Below are positions 9,347 to 21,647 of a DNA stretch of 32,000 nt, piece after piece. The translations under genes and the position numbers were made by a program. Origin of the DNA: Dickeya dadantii NCPPB 898 (GTDB lineage: Bacteria; Pseudomonadota; Gammaproteobacteria; Enterobacterales; Enterobacteriaceae); NCBI RefSeq assembly GCF_000406145.1, contig NZ_CM001976.1, forward strand, positions 627,260-659,259, in the 5' to 3' direction. How positions within the stretch are numbered: the stretch's first letter is position 1; each line of letters opens with the position of its first letter. The notes below the pieces were generated by a model. The model was not told the origin of the DNA. It was given only the letters and a program-made list of their open reading frames with translations, and searched no databases.

Positions 9347-10318
9347 TCAAAAATCGCGTTGTACTGCGAGATGAGCCAGGCCTTCCAGCGCGGTGCGAAA
9401 ATCACTGGCAGGCAGGCATTGAATAGCGGTAATAGCCTTGTCGGCTTCTTCTTCGGCTCTCTGTCGGGTGTAAGTCAGAGAGCCGCAGGATTGCATGGCC
9501 GCCAGCACGGGTTCCAGCAAATGGCGACCATTACCTTCTTCGATCGCCTGACGGATCATGGTGCGCTGCTCTTCGTTGCCGTGATGCATGGCATGCAGCA
9601 ACGGCAACGTGGGCTTACCTTCATTCAGGTCGTCGCCGGTATTTTTCCCCAGCGTTTTGCCGTCGGCGCTGTAATCGAGCAAATCGTCAATCAACTGGAA
9701 AGCGGTGCCGAGGTAACGGCCGTAGTCCTGTAAAGCCAGTTCCTGCTCGCTGCTGGCGCCCGACAAAATGGCGGATGCCTGCGCCGCCGCTTCGAACAGC
9801 CGGGCCGTTTTGCTGTAAATTACCCGCATGTAACTGTCTTCGGTAATGTCCGGATCGTTGCAGTTCATGAGCTGGAGCACTTCGCCTTCCGCGATGACGT
9901 TAACGGCATCGGACATCACCGACATGACGCGCAGCGAGGCCAGGCTAGTCATCATCTGAAAGGCGCGGGTATAAATGAAATCGCCTACCAGCACGCTGGC
10001 GGCATTGCCGAACGCGGCATTGGCCGTAGCTTTTCCACGACGCATGTCGGATTCGTCGACCACATCGTCGTGAAGGAGCGTGGCGGTGTGGATAAATTCA
10101 ATCAGCGCGGCAACGGTAATGTGTTTGTCACCCTGGTAGTTCAGCGCCCTGGCGGTGAGTACCGCAATCATAGGCCGGATACGCTTGCCGCCACCGCTGA
10201 TGATATAATTTCCTAACTGATTGATCAGGACAACGTCGGAGTTGAGCTGATCCAGTATGGTCTGGTTGACGGCGGCCATATCCTGTGCGCTTAACGCTGT
10301 GATTTGCTCTAAGTTCAT
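9347..10318 (-). CDS. ispB: Octaprenyl-diphosphate synthase IspB (323 aa)
   Basis: MNLEQITALSAQDMAAVNQTILDQLNSDVVLINQLGNYIISGGGKRIRP..., with both DDxxD motifs (LLHDDVVDESD, LIDDLLDY). ATG 10318 gives the canonical N-terminus; the track ORF carries a 55-codon spurious extension. Confidence 0.96.
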   Translation of the reverse strand: MNLEQITALSAQDMAAVNQTILDQLNSDVVLINQLGNYIISGGGKRIRPMIAVLTARALNYQGDKHITVAALIEFIHTATLLHDDVVDESDMRRGKATANAAFGNAASVLVGDFIYTRAFQMMTSLASLRVMSVMSDAVNVIAEGEVLQLMNCNDPDITEDSYMRVIYSKTARLFEAAAQASAILSGASSEQELALQDYGRYLGTAFQLIDDLLDYSADGKTLGKNTGDDLNEGKPTLPLLHAMHHGNEEQRTMIRQAIEEGNGRHLLEPVLAAMQSCGSLTYTRQRAEEEADKAITAIQCLPASDFRTALEGLAHLAVQRDF

Positions 10319-10502
10319 TGTTTCTGCCAGCTGATTGCTTCTGTTTCTGCCGTGAAATGCTGATGGTGTCGGCACTGAAAAGGGGAACGTTAGGCCTGAT
10401 TGTACTTGAAAAACGGCGCAGATAAACGGCAGTTCATGGGTTGTATCCTTTTTCTTCACATTGATTGATTCTACGCTTGTCATCAGTAGGTTTTTTGCGT
10501 AG

Positions 10503-10889
<387 letters not shown>

Positions 10890-10896
10890 GTTTTAG

Positions 10897-11166
<270 letters not shown>

Positions 11167-11190
11167 TTTCTCGGTATCAGGTTGAATAAT

Positions 11191-11222
11191 AAAGCCCTGC
11201 AACTTGTTGCAGGGCTTTTTAC
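11191..11222 (+). terminator. Intrinsic terminator/attenuator after rpmA
   Basis: aaagccctgcaac-tt-gttgcagggcttt followed by ttt. A second tight hairpin, ccacctcc-tat-ggaggtgg, follows at 11238-11256. Confidence 0.72.
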
Positions 11223-11306
11223 ATTTTCATCCTTAAACCACCTCCTATGGAGGTGGCGATCGTTTGCGCAGCACAACAAAGAAATCGATAAAAAACAGGT
11301 GATGTG

Positions 11307-12251
11307 ATGAAACAGAATGCTGTCATCGGGTTTTGTCTGGCGCTGACCACCGCCATATGCTGGGGAGCGCTACCCATCGCGATGAAACAGGTTCTGGTAG
11401 CGATGGAGCCTTATACCATCGTCTGGTACCGCTTTTTGATCGCATCCGTCGGGCTGGGGATTTTCCTATACAGCAAAGGCGCATTACCGACGTCGAAGGT
11501 ATTTGATCATCAACGCTGGTGGATTCTGTTGTTGATCGCCACTGGCGGGTTGCTGGGCAATTTCGTGCTGTTCAGTTCATCTTTGCAATATCTTAGTCCT
11601 ACGGCATCGCAGGTGATCGGACAATTGTCAACGGTGGGATTGATGGTTGCCAGCGTGGTGATCCTCAAGGAAAAGATGCGCCTGAATCAAATTATCGGCG
11701 CTGGGGTACTGATTTGCGGATTATTGATGTTTTTCAACAATAGTCTGATGGAGCTTTTTACCCGGCTGACGGATTACACCTTCGGGATATTGCTGGGGGT
11801 GGCGGCTTCCACGGTATGGGTGGCCTATGGCGTGGCGCAAAAGGTGTTACTGCGTCGTCTGACTTCGCAGCAGCTGCTTTTTCTGCTGTATACACTCTGC
11901 GTACTGTTTATTACCCCGCTGGCAAAACCGGGGGTGATTTTCCAACTGACAGGCTGGCAACTGGCCTGCTTGCTGTTTTGCGGCGCGAACACTCTGGTGG
12001 GATATGGGGCGCTGGCTGAGGCCATGGCGCGCTGGCAGGCTGCGCAGGTGAGTACCATCATTACTCTGACGCCGTTGTTTACGCTGTTTTTTTCGGATTT
12101 ATTGTCATTGGCCTGGCCTGCGGTATTTGCGGCGCCGGCACTCAATCTGCTGGGGTATATCGGCGCCTTTGTCGTGGTGACCGGTGCGATGTTCTCTGCG
12201 ATTGGGCATCGTCTGTTCACACTAAAACGCGACAAACGCCCGATGGTTTGA
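11307..12251 (+). CDS. yhbE: EamA/DMT-family inner-membrane transporter YhbE (314 aa)
   Basis: MKQNAVIGFCLALTTAICWGALPIAMKQVL... It is polytopic and hydrophobic, and colinear with E. coli YhbE including ...LVGYGALAEAMARWQAAQVS.IITLTPLFTLFFSDLLSLAWP. GTG 11304 is an alternative start. Confidence 0.9.
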   Translation: MKQNAVIGFCLALTTAICWGALPIAMKQVLVAMEPYTIVWYRFLIASVGLGIFLYSKGALPTSKVFDHQRWWILLLIATGGLLGNFVLFSSSLQYLSPTASQVIGQLSTVGLMVASVVILKEKMRLNQIIGAGVLICGLLMFFNNSLMELFTRLTDYTFGILLGVAASTVWVAYGVAQKVLLRRLTSQQLLFLLYTLCVLFITPLAKPGVIFQLTGWQLACLLFCGANTLVGYGALAEAMARWQAAQVSTIITLTPLFTLFFSDLLSLAWPAVFAAPALNLLGYIGAFVVVTGAMFSAIGHRLFTLKRDKRPMV

Positions 12252-12457
12252 TTAGGTCGACGAATGCTCTGAGCAAGGGTGGCGAAGCGAATCAGGGCTG
12301 ATTATTTTTAATACAGGTGAAATCCTTTCGCCAAGCAGGTACAATCAGCGCCCTTTTATCGGAACGGTTCTGATGCGTCGGTTTTTCAGTGGCAGGTGAC
12401 ATACTGCGGTTATCTGTCATCAACCCAATTATTCGTTGAGCCAAAGAGAACCAATAA

Positions 12458-13684
<1,227 letters not shown>

Positions 13685-13746
13685 TCGCCATAAGGCCATC
13701 TGAACGGTGGCCGGAAAGAAAAATTTGCTTGTTAGTTGTGTATATT

Positions 13747-13780
13747 TCCCTTATCTGCCAGGCAGATAAGGGAATTTTTT
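13747..13780 (+). terminator. Intrinsic terminator after obgE
   Basis: 13-bp arms tcccttatctgcc / ggcagataaggga followed by atttttt. It is unidirectional: there is no T-run in the dacB direction. Confidence 0.7.
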
Positions 13781-13789
13781 ATCAGTCAG

Positions 13790-15223
13790 CTAATTGTTCT
13801 GGTATATGTCTTTGTAAACGCGGCTTTCGAAACGAACCAGCGGAATGCGGCGTTCTTTCTGATCTTCCGGTGGAACCGCGTAGCCGGAAAGATACTGCAC
13901 AAAGGCCATTCGCTGGCCGCTGGCGGTGGTGATAAAGCCCGCCAGGTTGTATACCCCTTGCAGCGCGCCGGTTTTGGCTGAGACTTTGCCATCAAGCCCG
14001 GCTTCATGCAGGCCGGCACGATAGCGTAATGTCCCGTCATAGCCCGCCAGTGGCAACATCTTGATGTAATTCAATTCATTATCGTGCTGAGCGATATATT
14101 GCAGCACCTGCATCATGGTTGCCGGCGCGATCAGGTTATGTCTGGACAAGCCCGAACCGTCAACGATGATCGTGTTGCCCAGGTCGATTCCGGCTTTCTG
14201 GCGCAGGATCTGGCGAACGGCGTCAGCGCCGGCGCGCCAGGTTCCGGGAACTTTGAAGCGCTCATGACCGATGGTGCGAAATACGGTATCGGCAATCATG
14301 TTGTCCGATTTTTTCAGCATGGTGGTCAGTAATTCATGCAACGGCTCCGATTCAGTTTGCACCAGTACGGTACCGGAAGCGCCCGGCAGCGATTGCCGGC
14401 GCAGGCTGCCGGCGATGCGGATATCCGCCTGTTGCAGTTCATCTTTCACGATCGCGCCGGCGTAACTGGCGCCGTCCTGTATGGCGAACGCCAACGGCAA
14501 CGGTTCGGCACGTTGTGTCAGGCAACCAGTAACGGTGAAGCGGTTGAGTTCACCCGGCACCACATCCAACTCGCAATACTGGGCGTCCGGCGACCCTTTC
14601 GGCAGGGTGCGAACTTCGCTGAACATTTGTACTGGATAATAGGACGCGACGCGGATGAATGCGTTATCGCCAGCTTTGGGGGCGCTATAGAGCGAGATGG
14701 AAAAACAGTTTTTGTCGACAATCGCGGCAGCGGGTGGGGCGCTGAAACACTGGGTCATATCGTTCCAGGGCCAGCCGGGCGCCTTGTCGTGACTGGCGAA
14801 CACAGATGTGTCGATCAGGATGTCACCGCTGATTTCACGAATTCCCCGTTTCTTCAGTTCCTGTACCATGTTGCGTAATTGCTGCCGTTTTAGCGATGGA
14901 TCGCCGCTGAAACGCACCGCCAGATTGCCGCGTAAAACCCCGTTGGTGAGTGTGCCGCTGCTTTCCATCGTGGTGACGAAACGGTAATCCGGCCCCAACT
15001 GTAACAACGCGGCCAGCGCGGTAATGACTTTCTGCGTACTGGCGGGCAGCGCCATCTGCTGGCTGTGGTAATCGACCGTCGGGGTAGATGCTCCGACTTT
15101 TTGCACCACCAGCGCCAGATTGGCTCCGTCGGGCAAATACTTGGTGTATTCGTCAATGGGGGCGGCGTTGGCCTGCAGGGCAACTGCGTAGGCAAAACCG
15201 GTCAGAATCGATAAAAAACGCAT
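13790..15223 (-). CDS. dacB: D-alanyl-D-alanine carboxypeptidase/endopeptidase PBP4 (477 aa)
   Basis: Signal peptide MRFLSILTGFAYAVALQANA, active-site STQK (LPASTQKVITALAAL), SDN (KKSDNMIAD) and KTG (SAKTGAL) motifs. The length equals that of E. coli DacB. Confidence 0.95.
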   Translation of the reverse strand: MRFLSILTGFAYAVALQANAAPIDEYTKYLPDGANLALVVQKVGASTPTVDYHSQQMALPASTQKVITALAALLQLGPDYRFVTTMESSGTLTNGVLRGNLAVRFSGDPSLKRQQLRNMVQELKKRGIREISGDILIDTSVFASHDKAPGWPWNDMTQCFSAPPAAAIVDKNCFSISLYSAPKAGDNAFIRVASYYPVQMFSEVRTLPKGSPDAQYCELDVVPGELNRFTVTGCLTQRAEPLPLAFAIQDGASYAGAIVKDELQQADIRIAGSLRRQSLPGASGTVLVQTESEPLHELLTTMLKKSDNMIADTVFRTIGHERFKVPGTWRAGADAVRQILRQKAGIDLGNTIIVDGSGLSRHNLIAPATMMQVLQYIAQHDNELNYIKMLPLAGYDGTLRYRAGLHEAGLDGKVSAKTGALQGVYNLAGFITTASGQRMAFVQYLSGYAVPPEDQKERRIPLVRFESRVYKDIYQNN

Positions 15224-15287
15224 AATCTCAATTAAGTACAGGGTAACGTGGTGGTCATACTACGGCGCATCAAGGGATAAAGTAAAC

Positions 15288-15317
15288 GATGACCCTGGTG
15301 GAACTCTGGGGTAAAAT
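15288..15317 (+). promoter_or_regulatory. Candidate greA promoter (ATGACC-18-TAAAAT)
   Basis: Motif match only. TAAAAT is at 15312-15317 and a 4/6 -35 match is at 15288-15293, about 170 nt upstream of greA. Confidence 0.3.
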
Positions 15318-15344
15318 GCGTATCAAAATGCAAAAACGCGTCTG

Positions 15345-15382
15345 GCCTGGAAGGAATGTTCCGGGCAAGGCTATTTTTGTTT
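15345..15382 (+). terminator. Terminator-like hairpin in the greA leader (GraL-type attenuator candidate)
   Basis: gcctgg...caaggc (15345-15371) enclose an inner stem cctggaa/ttccggg and are followed directly by tatttttgttt. No upstream plus-strand gene exists that it could terminate. E. coli produces short GraL RNAs by termination in the greA leader. Confidence 0.4.
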
Positions 15383-15488
15383 AAATTGTCAGGGTGCACT
15401 GGCATGGAAACATTCCGTCGCAGGTGATTTATCGCGTCAGGATGACGGTAACGTGAGCCGTACGGATTTTTTAGAGGTAAGTGACGAT

Positions 15489-15965
15489 ATGAAACAATTT
15501 CCGATGACGTTGCGTGGTGCTGAAAAGTTACGCGAAGAGCTGGACTTCCTGAAGTCGGTACGCCGACCCGAAATTATTGCGGCGATTGCCGAGGCGCGTG
15601 AGCACGGCGATTTGAAAGAAAACGCAGAGTACCATGCCGCTCGTGAGCAGCAGGGGTTCTGTGAAGGTCGGATTCAGGAAATTGAAGCCAAACTGTCTAA
15701 CGCCCAGGTCATTGATGTCACCAAGATGGCGGCGAATGGTCGCGTGATCTTTGGCGCTACCGTAACCGTAATGAACGTGGATACCGAGGAAGAGCAGACC
15801 TACCGTATCGTGGGTGACGACGAAGCTGACTTCAAACTGAATCTCATTTCCGTCAACTCGCCGATTGCTCGGGGGCTGATAGGCAAAGAAGAGGATGACG
15901 TGGTGGCGATCAGTACGCCGGGTGGGGTCGTGGAGTATGAAATCCTGAAGGTGGAATATCTCTGA
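15489..15965 (+). CDS. greA: Transcription elongation factor GreA (158 aa)
   Basis: [62 protein letters not shown]... It is near-identical to E. coli GreA. ATG 15489 was used instead of the track start at 15453. Confidence 0.96.
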   Translation: MKQFPMTLRGAEKLREELDFLKSVRRPEIIAAIAEAREHGDLKENAEYHAAREQQGFCEGRIQEIEAKLSNAQVIDVTKMAANGRVIFGATVTVMNVDTEEEQTYRIVGDDEADFKLNLISVNSPIARGLIGKEEDDVVAISTPGGVVEYEILKVEYL

Positions 15966-16010
15966 TTCCTATTGACTGGCAAGGTGCCAGACTCGATTGT
16001 AAAGAAAGGA

Positions 16011-16036
16011 AAAAGGCCGATATCGGCCTTTTTTCT
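16011..16036. terminator. Bidirectional intrinsic terminator between greA and yhbY
   Basis: aaaaggccga-ta-tcggcctttttt. It has an A-run upstream and a T-run downstream, so it can serve both convergent genes. Confidence 0.75.
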
Positions 16037-16090
16037 CACCAGCGGGTCATGGAACCTTGCCGGGAAACAGGGTAACCTGAACCAAAAATG

Positions 16091-16384
16091 TTAACGGGGC
16101 AACACAATCTTGCGTTCTTTTGACGCACGATAGAGCACCAGAGTGTGGCCGATGACCTGGACATTGCTGGCGCCGGTTTCGCGCAGAATGGCATCGACAA
16201 TCAGGCCCTTGGTTTCACGATCCTCAGCGGCGATTTTCACCTTGATCAGTTCGTGATGTTCCAAAGCCTGCTCGATTTCAGCCAGCACACCTTCAGTGAG
16301 GCCGTTGTTGCCCAGCATGACGACTGGCTTTAACGGATGAGCCAGGCCTTTCAGGTGCTGTTTTTGTTTGTTACTCAGATTCAT
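16091..16384 (-). CDS. yhbY: Ribosome-assembly RNA-binding protein YhbY (CRM domain, 97 aa)
   Basis: MNLSNKQKQHLKGLAHPLKPVVMLGNNGLTEGVLAEIEQALEHHELIKVKI... Same length and context (divergent from rlmE) as in E. coli. Confidence 0.95.
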   Translation of the reverse strand: MNLSNKQKQHLKGLAHPLKPVVMLGNNGLTEGVLAEIEQALEHHELIKVKIAAEDRETKGLIVDAILRETGASNVQVIGHTLVLYRASKERKIVLPR

Positions 16385-16542
16385 TGTCTTTTTTGCTTAG
16401 GTTGGGATTGAAAACGGGTCATTCTACCGCCATCTCATGATTATCACCAATCCGGCTATAAAGATTGGCTGTCGTTGAGACGTTTTGCCCGCCGCAGGCA
16501 CTTAATTAACACTAGTTAGAAAAAATCATAGTTGGAAAATCG

Positions 16543-17172
16543 ATGGCTAACAAAAAGCGTTCTGCAAGTTCCAGTCGCTGGTTGCAGGAACACTTTAGCG
16601 ATAAATACGTACAGCAGGCGCAGAAAAAAGGGCTTCGCTCGCGCGCTTGGTTTAAACTTGATGAGATACAGCAGACTGATCGGCTGTTCAAACCCGGCAT
16701 GACCGTAGTGGATCTTGGCGCGGCGCCTGGCGGATGGTCCCAGTATGTTGTCAGTCAGATCGGTGGAAAAGGGCGCATTATCGCGTGCGATCTTTTGCCG
16801 ATGGATCCTATTGTTGGAGTCGATTTCCTTCAAGGGGACTTTCGTGATGAATTAGTGCTCAAGACCCTGCTGGAGCGGGTTGGAGACGAGAAGGTTCAGG
16901 TGGTGATGTCCGACATGGCCCCGAACATGAGCGGTACTCCGGAGGTGGATATTCCCCGCGCCATGTATCTGGTTGAACTTGCGCTGGATATGTGTCGAGA
17001 TATATTAGCGCCGGGTGGCAGTTTCGTAGTGAAAGTGTTTCAGGGAGTGGGCTTCGATGAGTATTTGCGTGAGATTCGCTCCCTGTTTACGACGGTGAAG
17101 ATTCGTAAGCCAGATGCCTCGCGAGCCCGTTCCCGTGAGGTGTACATTGTAGCGACAGGCCGTAAACTGTAG
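16543..17172 (+). CDS. rlmE: 23S rRNA (uridine2552-2'-O)-methyltransferase RlmE/FtsJ (209 aa)
   Basis: [43 protein letters not shown]...[14 protein letters not shown] (SAM-binding motif), immediately upstream of ftsH. Confidence 0.96.
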   Translation: MANKKRSASSSRWLQEHFSDKYVQQAQKKGLRSRAWFKLDEIQQTDRLFKPGMTVVDLGAAPGGWSQYVVSQIGGKGRIIACDLLPMDPIVGVDFLQGDFRDELVLKTLLERVGDEKVQVVMSDMAPNMSGTPEVDIPRAMYLVELALDMCRDILAPGGSFVVKVFQGVGFDEYLREIRSLFTTVKIRKPDASRARSREVYIVATGRKL

Positions 17173-17228
17173 TACCCTGACGCTATTTTTTAACACAGTT
17201 GTAATATGAGGTTAATCCCTTGAGTGAC

Positions 17229-19172
17229 ATGGCGAAAAACCTGATTCTCTGGTTGGTCATCGCGGTAGTGCTGATGTCCGTATTCCAGAGCTTTGGGCCC
17301 AGCGAGTCGAATGGCCGTAGGGTGGATTATTCAACCTTTTTGACTGAAGTGAATCAGGATCAGGTCCGTGAAGCGCGTATCAACGGGCGCGAGATCAATG
17401 TTGTCAAAAAAGACAGCAGCCGCTACACCACGTACATCCCTGTCAACGATCCTAAACTGCTGGATAACCTTCTGACCAAAAATGTGAAAGTGGTTGGCGA
17501 ACCGCCGGAAGAGCCGAGCCTGTTGGCTTCGATCTTTATTTCCTGGTTCCCGATGCTGCTGCTGATTGGTGTCTGGATTTTCTTCATGCGCCAGATGCAG
17601 GGCGGCGGCGGTAAAGGTGCCATGTCTTTTGGTAAAAGCAAGGCACGGATGCTGACGGAAGATCAGATTAAAACCACGTTCGCCGATGTGGCGGGCTGTG
17701 ATGAAGCCAAAGAAGAAGTTGCCGAGCTGGTGGAATACCTGCGTGAGCCGAGCCGCTTCCAGAAACTGGGCGGTAAAATTCCGAAAGGCGTGCTGATGGT
17801 TGGCCCGCCGGGGACCGGTAAAACCTTGCTGGCGAAAGCCATCGCCGGTGAAGCCAAAGTGCCGTTTTTCACCATTTCCGGTTCTGACTTCGTCGAAATG
17901 TTTGTGGGTGTCGGCGCTTCTCGCGTGCGTGACATGTTCGAGCAGGCTAAGAAAGCCGCGCCTTGCATCATCTTTATCGATGAAATCGACGCCGTGGGCC
18001 GCCAGCGTGGCGCGGGTCTGGGCGGCGGTCATGACGAACGTGAGCAGACGCTGAACCAGATGCTGGTTGAGATGGATGGTTTTGAAGGCAATGAAGGCAT
18101 CATCGTTATCGCCGCGACTAACCGTCCCGACGTGCTGGATCCGGCGCTGCTGCGTCCTGGTCGTTTCGACCGTCAGGTGGTGGTCGGTTTGCCGGATGTC
18201 CGTGGCCGTGAACAGATTCTGAAAGTCCATATGCGTCGTGTACCGCTGTCGCCGGATATTGATGCTTCCGTTATCGCGCGCGGTACGCCGGGCTTTTCCG
18301 GCGCGGATTTGGCTAACCTGGTGAACGAGGCGGCGCTGTTTGCGGCGCGTGGCAACCGCCGAGTGGTTTCGATGGTGGAATTCGAGAAGGCCAAGGACAA
18401 AATCATGATGGGGGCAGAACGCCGCTCTATGGTGATGACCGAAGCGCAGAAAGAGTCCACCGCTTATCACGAAGCCGGTCATGCGATTATCGGCCGTCTG
18501 GTGCCGGAGCACGATCCGGTGCACAAGGTGACGATCATCCCACGCGGCCGTGCTCTGGGTGTGACTTTTTTCCTGCCTGAGGGCGATGCGATTAGCGCCA
18601 GCCGTCAGAAACTGGAAAGTCAGATCTCTACGCTGTACGGCGGCCGCCTTGCTGAAGAAATTATCTACGGGTCTGAGCATGTTTCTACCGGTGCTTCCAA
18701 CGACATCAAAGTGGCGACCTCCATCGCCCGCAACATGGTGACGCAATGGGGCTTTTCGGAAAAACTGGGGCCGTTGCTGTATGCGGAAGAAGAAGGCGAA
18801 GTGTTCCTCGGCCGCTCTGTAGCCAAAGCTAAACATATGTCGGATGAAACGGCGCGTATCATCGATCAGGAAGTTAAAGCACTGATCGAACGTAACTATC
18901 AACGCGCCCGCGAATTGCTGATGGCCAATATGGACATCCTGCATTCGATGAAGGATGCGCTGATGAAGTACGAGACTATCGATGCGCCTCAAATCGATGA
19001 TCTGATGTCGCGTAAAGACGTTCGTCCGCCAGCCGGCTGGGAAGAACCGACTTCGGGTAATAACCCTTCGTCGTCTGATAATGGTGGGGCTCCCAAGGCG
19101 CCGACGCCGGCGGATGAACCTCATACGCCGACACCGGGCAATACTATGTCCGGGCCTTTGAACGACAAGTAA
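17229..19172 (+). CDS. ftsH: ATP-dependent zinc metalloprotease FtsH (647 aa from ATG 17229)
   Basis: [22 protein letters not shown]..., Walker A GPPGTGKT, Walker [12 protein letters not shown], and zinc motif HEAGHA. An in-frame TTG at 17220 (MSDMAKN...) has better SD spacing; see findings. Confidence 0.96.
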   Translation: MAKNLILWLVIAVVLMSVFQSFGPSESNGRRVDYSTFLTEVNQDQVREARINGREINVVKKDSSRYTTYIPVNDPKLLDNLLTKNVKVVGEPPEEPSLLASIFISWFPMLLLIGVWIFFMRQMQGGGGKGAMSFGKSKARMLTEDQIKTTFADVAGCDEAKEEVAELVEYLREPSRFQKLGGKIPKGVLMVGPPGTGKTLLAKAIAGEAKVPFFTISGSDFVEMFVGVGASRVRDMFEQAKKAAPCIIFIDEIDAVGRQRGAGLGGGHDEREQTLNQMLVEMDGFEGNEGIIVIAATNRPDVLDPALLRPGRFDRQVVVGLPDVRGREQILKVHMRRVPLSPDIDASVIARGTPGFSGADLANLVNEAALFAARGNRRVVSMVEFEKAKDKIMMGAERRSMVMTEAQKESTAYHEAGHAIIGRLVPEHDPVHKVTIIPRGRALGVTFFLPEGDAISASRQKLESQISTLYGGRLAEEIIYGSEHVSTGASNDIKVATSIARNMVTQWGFSEKLGPLLYAEEEGEVFLGRSVAKAKHMSDETARIIDQEVKALIERNYQRARELLMANMDILHSMKDALMKYETIDAPQIDDLMSRKDVRPPAGWEEPTSGNNPSSSDNGGAPKAPTPADEPHTPTPGNTMSGPLNDK

Positions 19173-19210
19173 TGGTATGACGGCCCCCTGGCGGGCCGCT
19201 GCTCCCTCCA

Positions 19211-19235
19211 AACCCCGGCTTGCCGGGGTTTTTTA
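19211..19235 (+). terminator. Intrinsic terminator/attenuator after ftsH
   Basis: aaccccgg-cttg-ccggggtt followed by tttt, 38 nt after the ftsH stop and 42 nt before the folP start. Confidence 0.65.
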
Positions 19236-19276
19236 CTCCGAAGGCATGCTGGCTGGACGAATTTGAGAAGCAAAAC

Positions 19277-20110
19277 ATGAAACTGAATGCGCGTGGATTG
19301 ACGCTGGATCTCTCCTGCCCCCAGATTATGGGGATTTTGAATGTAACCCCGGATTCCTTCTCTGACGGCGGTAAACACAATACGCTGAACGCTGCCTTGG
19401 TCCATGCCGAGCAGATGATTTCTGCCGGCGCCACTTTCATTGATGTGGGGGGCGAATCTACCCGACCAGGCGCAGATGAAGTCAGTACCGAGGAAGAACT
19501 GGAGCGGGTTGTGCCGGTGGTGGAAGCGTTGGCGCAACGCTTTGAAACCTGGATTTCGGTGGATACCTCCAAGCCGGAGGTGATTACCGCCTGTGCGCAG
19601 GCCGGTGCACACCTGATCAACGATATCCGTGCACTTAGAGAGCCGGGGGCGCTGGAAACGGCGGCGGCAACAGGTCTTCCCATATGCCTGATGCATATGC
19701 AGGGATTACCAAGAACCATGCAACATACGCCGCATTATGACGACGTGGTAGGTGAGGTTTCGGCGTTTTTTGAGCATCATATTGCCCGTTGTGTCACAGC
19801 CGGTATTCCGCGCGACCAGTTATTGCTGGATCCGGGGTTCGGCTTCGGCAAGAATCTGCAGCATAATTATCGGTTGCTGGGTCATCTGGAAGAATTACAT
19901 CGCTTCGGTTTGCCGTTGCTGGTTGGTATGTCCAGAAAAACCATGATTGGGCAATTGCTGGGTGTTCCGCCGCTTGAACGGGTTCATGGCAGTGTCGCAT
20001 GCGCGGTTATTGCCGCGATGAAGGGTGCCCATATCATCCGTGTCCATGATGTGAAAGCGACGGTGGATGCAATACGTGTAGTCGAAGCAACTCTATCAGC
20101 GAAGGAATAA
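19277..20110 (+). CDS. folP: Dihydropteroate synthase FolP (277 aa)
   Basis: [32 protein letters not shown]...[12 protein letters not shown]...[13 protein letters not shown] 19277 matches the canonical N-terminus; the track ORF starts 19 codons earlier, inside the ftsH terminator. Confidence 0.93.
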   Translation: MKLNARGLTLDLSCPQIMGILNVTPDSFSDGGKHNTLNAALVHAEQMISAGATFIDVGGESTRPGADEVSTEEELERVVPVVEALAQRFETWISVDTSKPEVITACAQAGAHLINDIRALREPGALETAAATGLPICLMHMQGLPRTMQHTPHYDDVVGEVSAFFEHHIARCVTAGIPRDQLLLDPGFGFGKNLQHNYRLLGHLEELHRFGLPLLVGMSRKTMIGQLLGVPPLERVHGSVACAVIAAMKGAHIIRVHDVKATVDAIRVVEATLSAKE

Positions 20111-20118
20111 CAACAATT

Positions 20119-21456
20119 ATGAGTAGCCGCAAATATTTTGGCACTGACGGTATTCGGGGCAAGGTGGGCGATCTGCCGATTACGCCTGATTTTGTATTGA
20201 AGCTGGGATGGGCTGCCGGCAAAGTTCTGGCGCGTCACGGTTCCAGAAAAATTATTATTGGTAAAGATACCCGTATTTCCGGTTACATGCTGGAGTCCGC
20301 TCTTGAGGCTGGACTGGCGGCGGCTGGCTTGTCCGCATCGTTCACCGGGCCTATGCCAACCCCGGCGGTAGCTTATCTGACCCGCACCTTTCGCGCTGAA
20401 GCCGGAATCGTGATTTCGGCGTCGCATAACCCCTACTACGACAACGGTATCAAGTTCTTTTCCATTGATGGCACCAAGTTGCCGGACGAAGTGGAGGAGG
20501 CGATCGAGGCGGAAATGGAAAAACCATTGACCTGCGTCGAATCCGCCGAATTGGGCAAAGCGAACCGTATCGTTGATGCAGCAGGGCGCTATATCGAATT
20601 TTGTAAAGGCACGTTTCCCAGTGAATTGAGCCTTAGCGGCCTTAAAATCGTGGTGGATTGCGCCAATGGCGCCACCTACCACATTGCTCCCAGCGTGTTG
20701 CGTGAATTAGGCGCCCGGGTGATTGCAATCGGTTGTGAACCTGATGGCATGAACATCAATGAGCAGTGCGGTGCTACTGACGTTACGCAGTTGCAGGCGC
20801 GAGTGCTGGCTGAAAAAGCAGATATCGGCCTGGCGTTCGATGGTGATGGCGATCGCCTGATTATGGTCGACCATCAGGGCAACAAAGTCGATGGCGATCA
20901 GATCCTGTACATTATCGCGCGCGAAGCGTTGCGTCAGGGGCAACTGCGCGGTGGTGCGGTCGGTACATTGATGAGCAACATGGGGCTGGAGCTGGCGCTA
21001 AAACAGTTAGGCGTCCCGTTTGCCCGCGCCAAAGTGGGAGACCGCTACGTGCTGGAGTTGATGCAGTCAAAAGGCTGGCGTCTGGGAGCGGAAAACTCAG
21101 GCCACGTTATCCTGCTGGATAAAACCACTACCGGTGACGGCGTTATCGCTGGCTTGCAGGTATTGACAGCCATGGTCCGCAACCATATGAGCCTGCATGA
21201 TCTGTGCAGCGGCATGAAGCTCTTTCCGCAAATACTGGTCAATGTGCATTTTTCAGGGGAAGGCGACCCGCTGGAAAGCGAATCGGTGAAACAGGCCGCT
21301 CAAGCGGTGGAAGAGCAATTGGCCGGTCGCGGCCGGGTATTGCTGCGCAAATCTGGTACTGAACCCTTGATTCGGGTAATGGTGGAAGGGGAAGACGAAG
21401 CGACGGTTACGCAGATGGCCAATCGAATTGCCGATGCGGTAAAAGCGGCCGGTTAA
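20119..21456 (+). CDS. glmM: Phosphoglucosamine mutase GlmM (445 aa)
   Basis: [17 protein letters not shown]..., active-site SASHNP, and FDGDGDR. The start is 8 nt after the folP stop. Confidence 0.97.
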   Translation: MSSRKYFGTDGIRGKVGDLPITPDFVLKLGWAAGKVLARHGSRKIIIGKDTRISGYMLESALEAGLAAAGLSASFTGPMPTPAVAYLTRTFRAEAGIVISASHNPYYDNGIKFFSIDGTKLPDEVEEAIEAEMEKPLTCVESAELGKANRIVDAAGRYIEFCKGTFPSELSLSGLKIVVDCANGATYHIAPSVLRELGARVIAIGCEPDGMNINEQCGATDVTQLQARVLAEKADIGLAFDGDGDRLIMVDHQGNKVDGDQILYIIAREALRQGQLRGGAVGTLMSNMGLELALKQLGVPFARAKVGDRYVLELMQSKGWRLGAENSGHVILLDKTTTGDGVIAGLQVLTAMVRNHMSLHDLCSGMKLFPQILVNVHFSGEGDPLESESVKQAAQAVEEQLAGRGRVLLRKSGTEPLIRVMVEGEDEATVTQMANRIADAVKAAG

Positions 21457-21618
21457 GCGGCATAACAATGTTTCGACCGTGTGACCGGCAGCGAATGTCC
21501 GTCACACGGCGTGATAGCGTGAAATGCGGTGTAATCAGCTGGTTAGTCAGCATCTTTCGGTCTTTCTCTTTTGGTCGCTGTTTTTTTCCTCAATCAGTGA
21601 GTTGGCGCCAAATTACCC

Positions 21619-21647
21619 TTGCGTACACCCGATGCTTTAGTTAGTAT
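21619..21647 (+). promoter_or_regulatory. Candidate sigma70 promoter for secG-leuU (TTGCGT-17-TAGTAT)
   Basis: Hexamers at 21619-21624 and 21642-21647 with a 17-bp spacer, about 110 nt upstream of secG. Motif match only. Confidence 0.35.

Noticed and set aside
12292-12402. 36-codon minus-strand ORF inside the yhbE-obgE spacer
   Set aside because: It has no SD, no recognisable peptide features, and an orientation opposite to the operon. It is most likely chance.
13729-14040. Small ORFs (67-84 aa) at the obgE-dacB junction
   Set aside because: They run through the obgE terminator hairpin and the 3' end of dacB in the wrong frame or strand. They are spurious.
17331-19211. 626-aa ORF antisense to ftsH
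   Set aside because: It mirrors ftsH over almost its full length, and its product is R/F/H/Q-rich with no recognisable domain. It is an antisense open frame caused by codon usage.
19984-20682. 232-aa ORF antisense to the folP/glmM junction
   Set aside because: It overlaps two confident sense genes and shows no SD and no domain signature.
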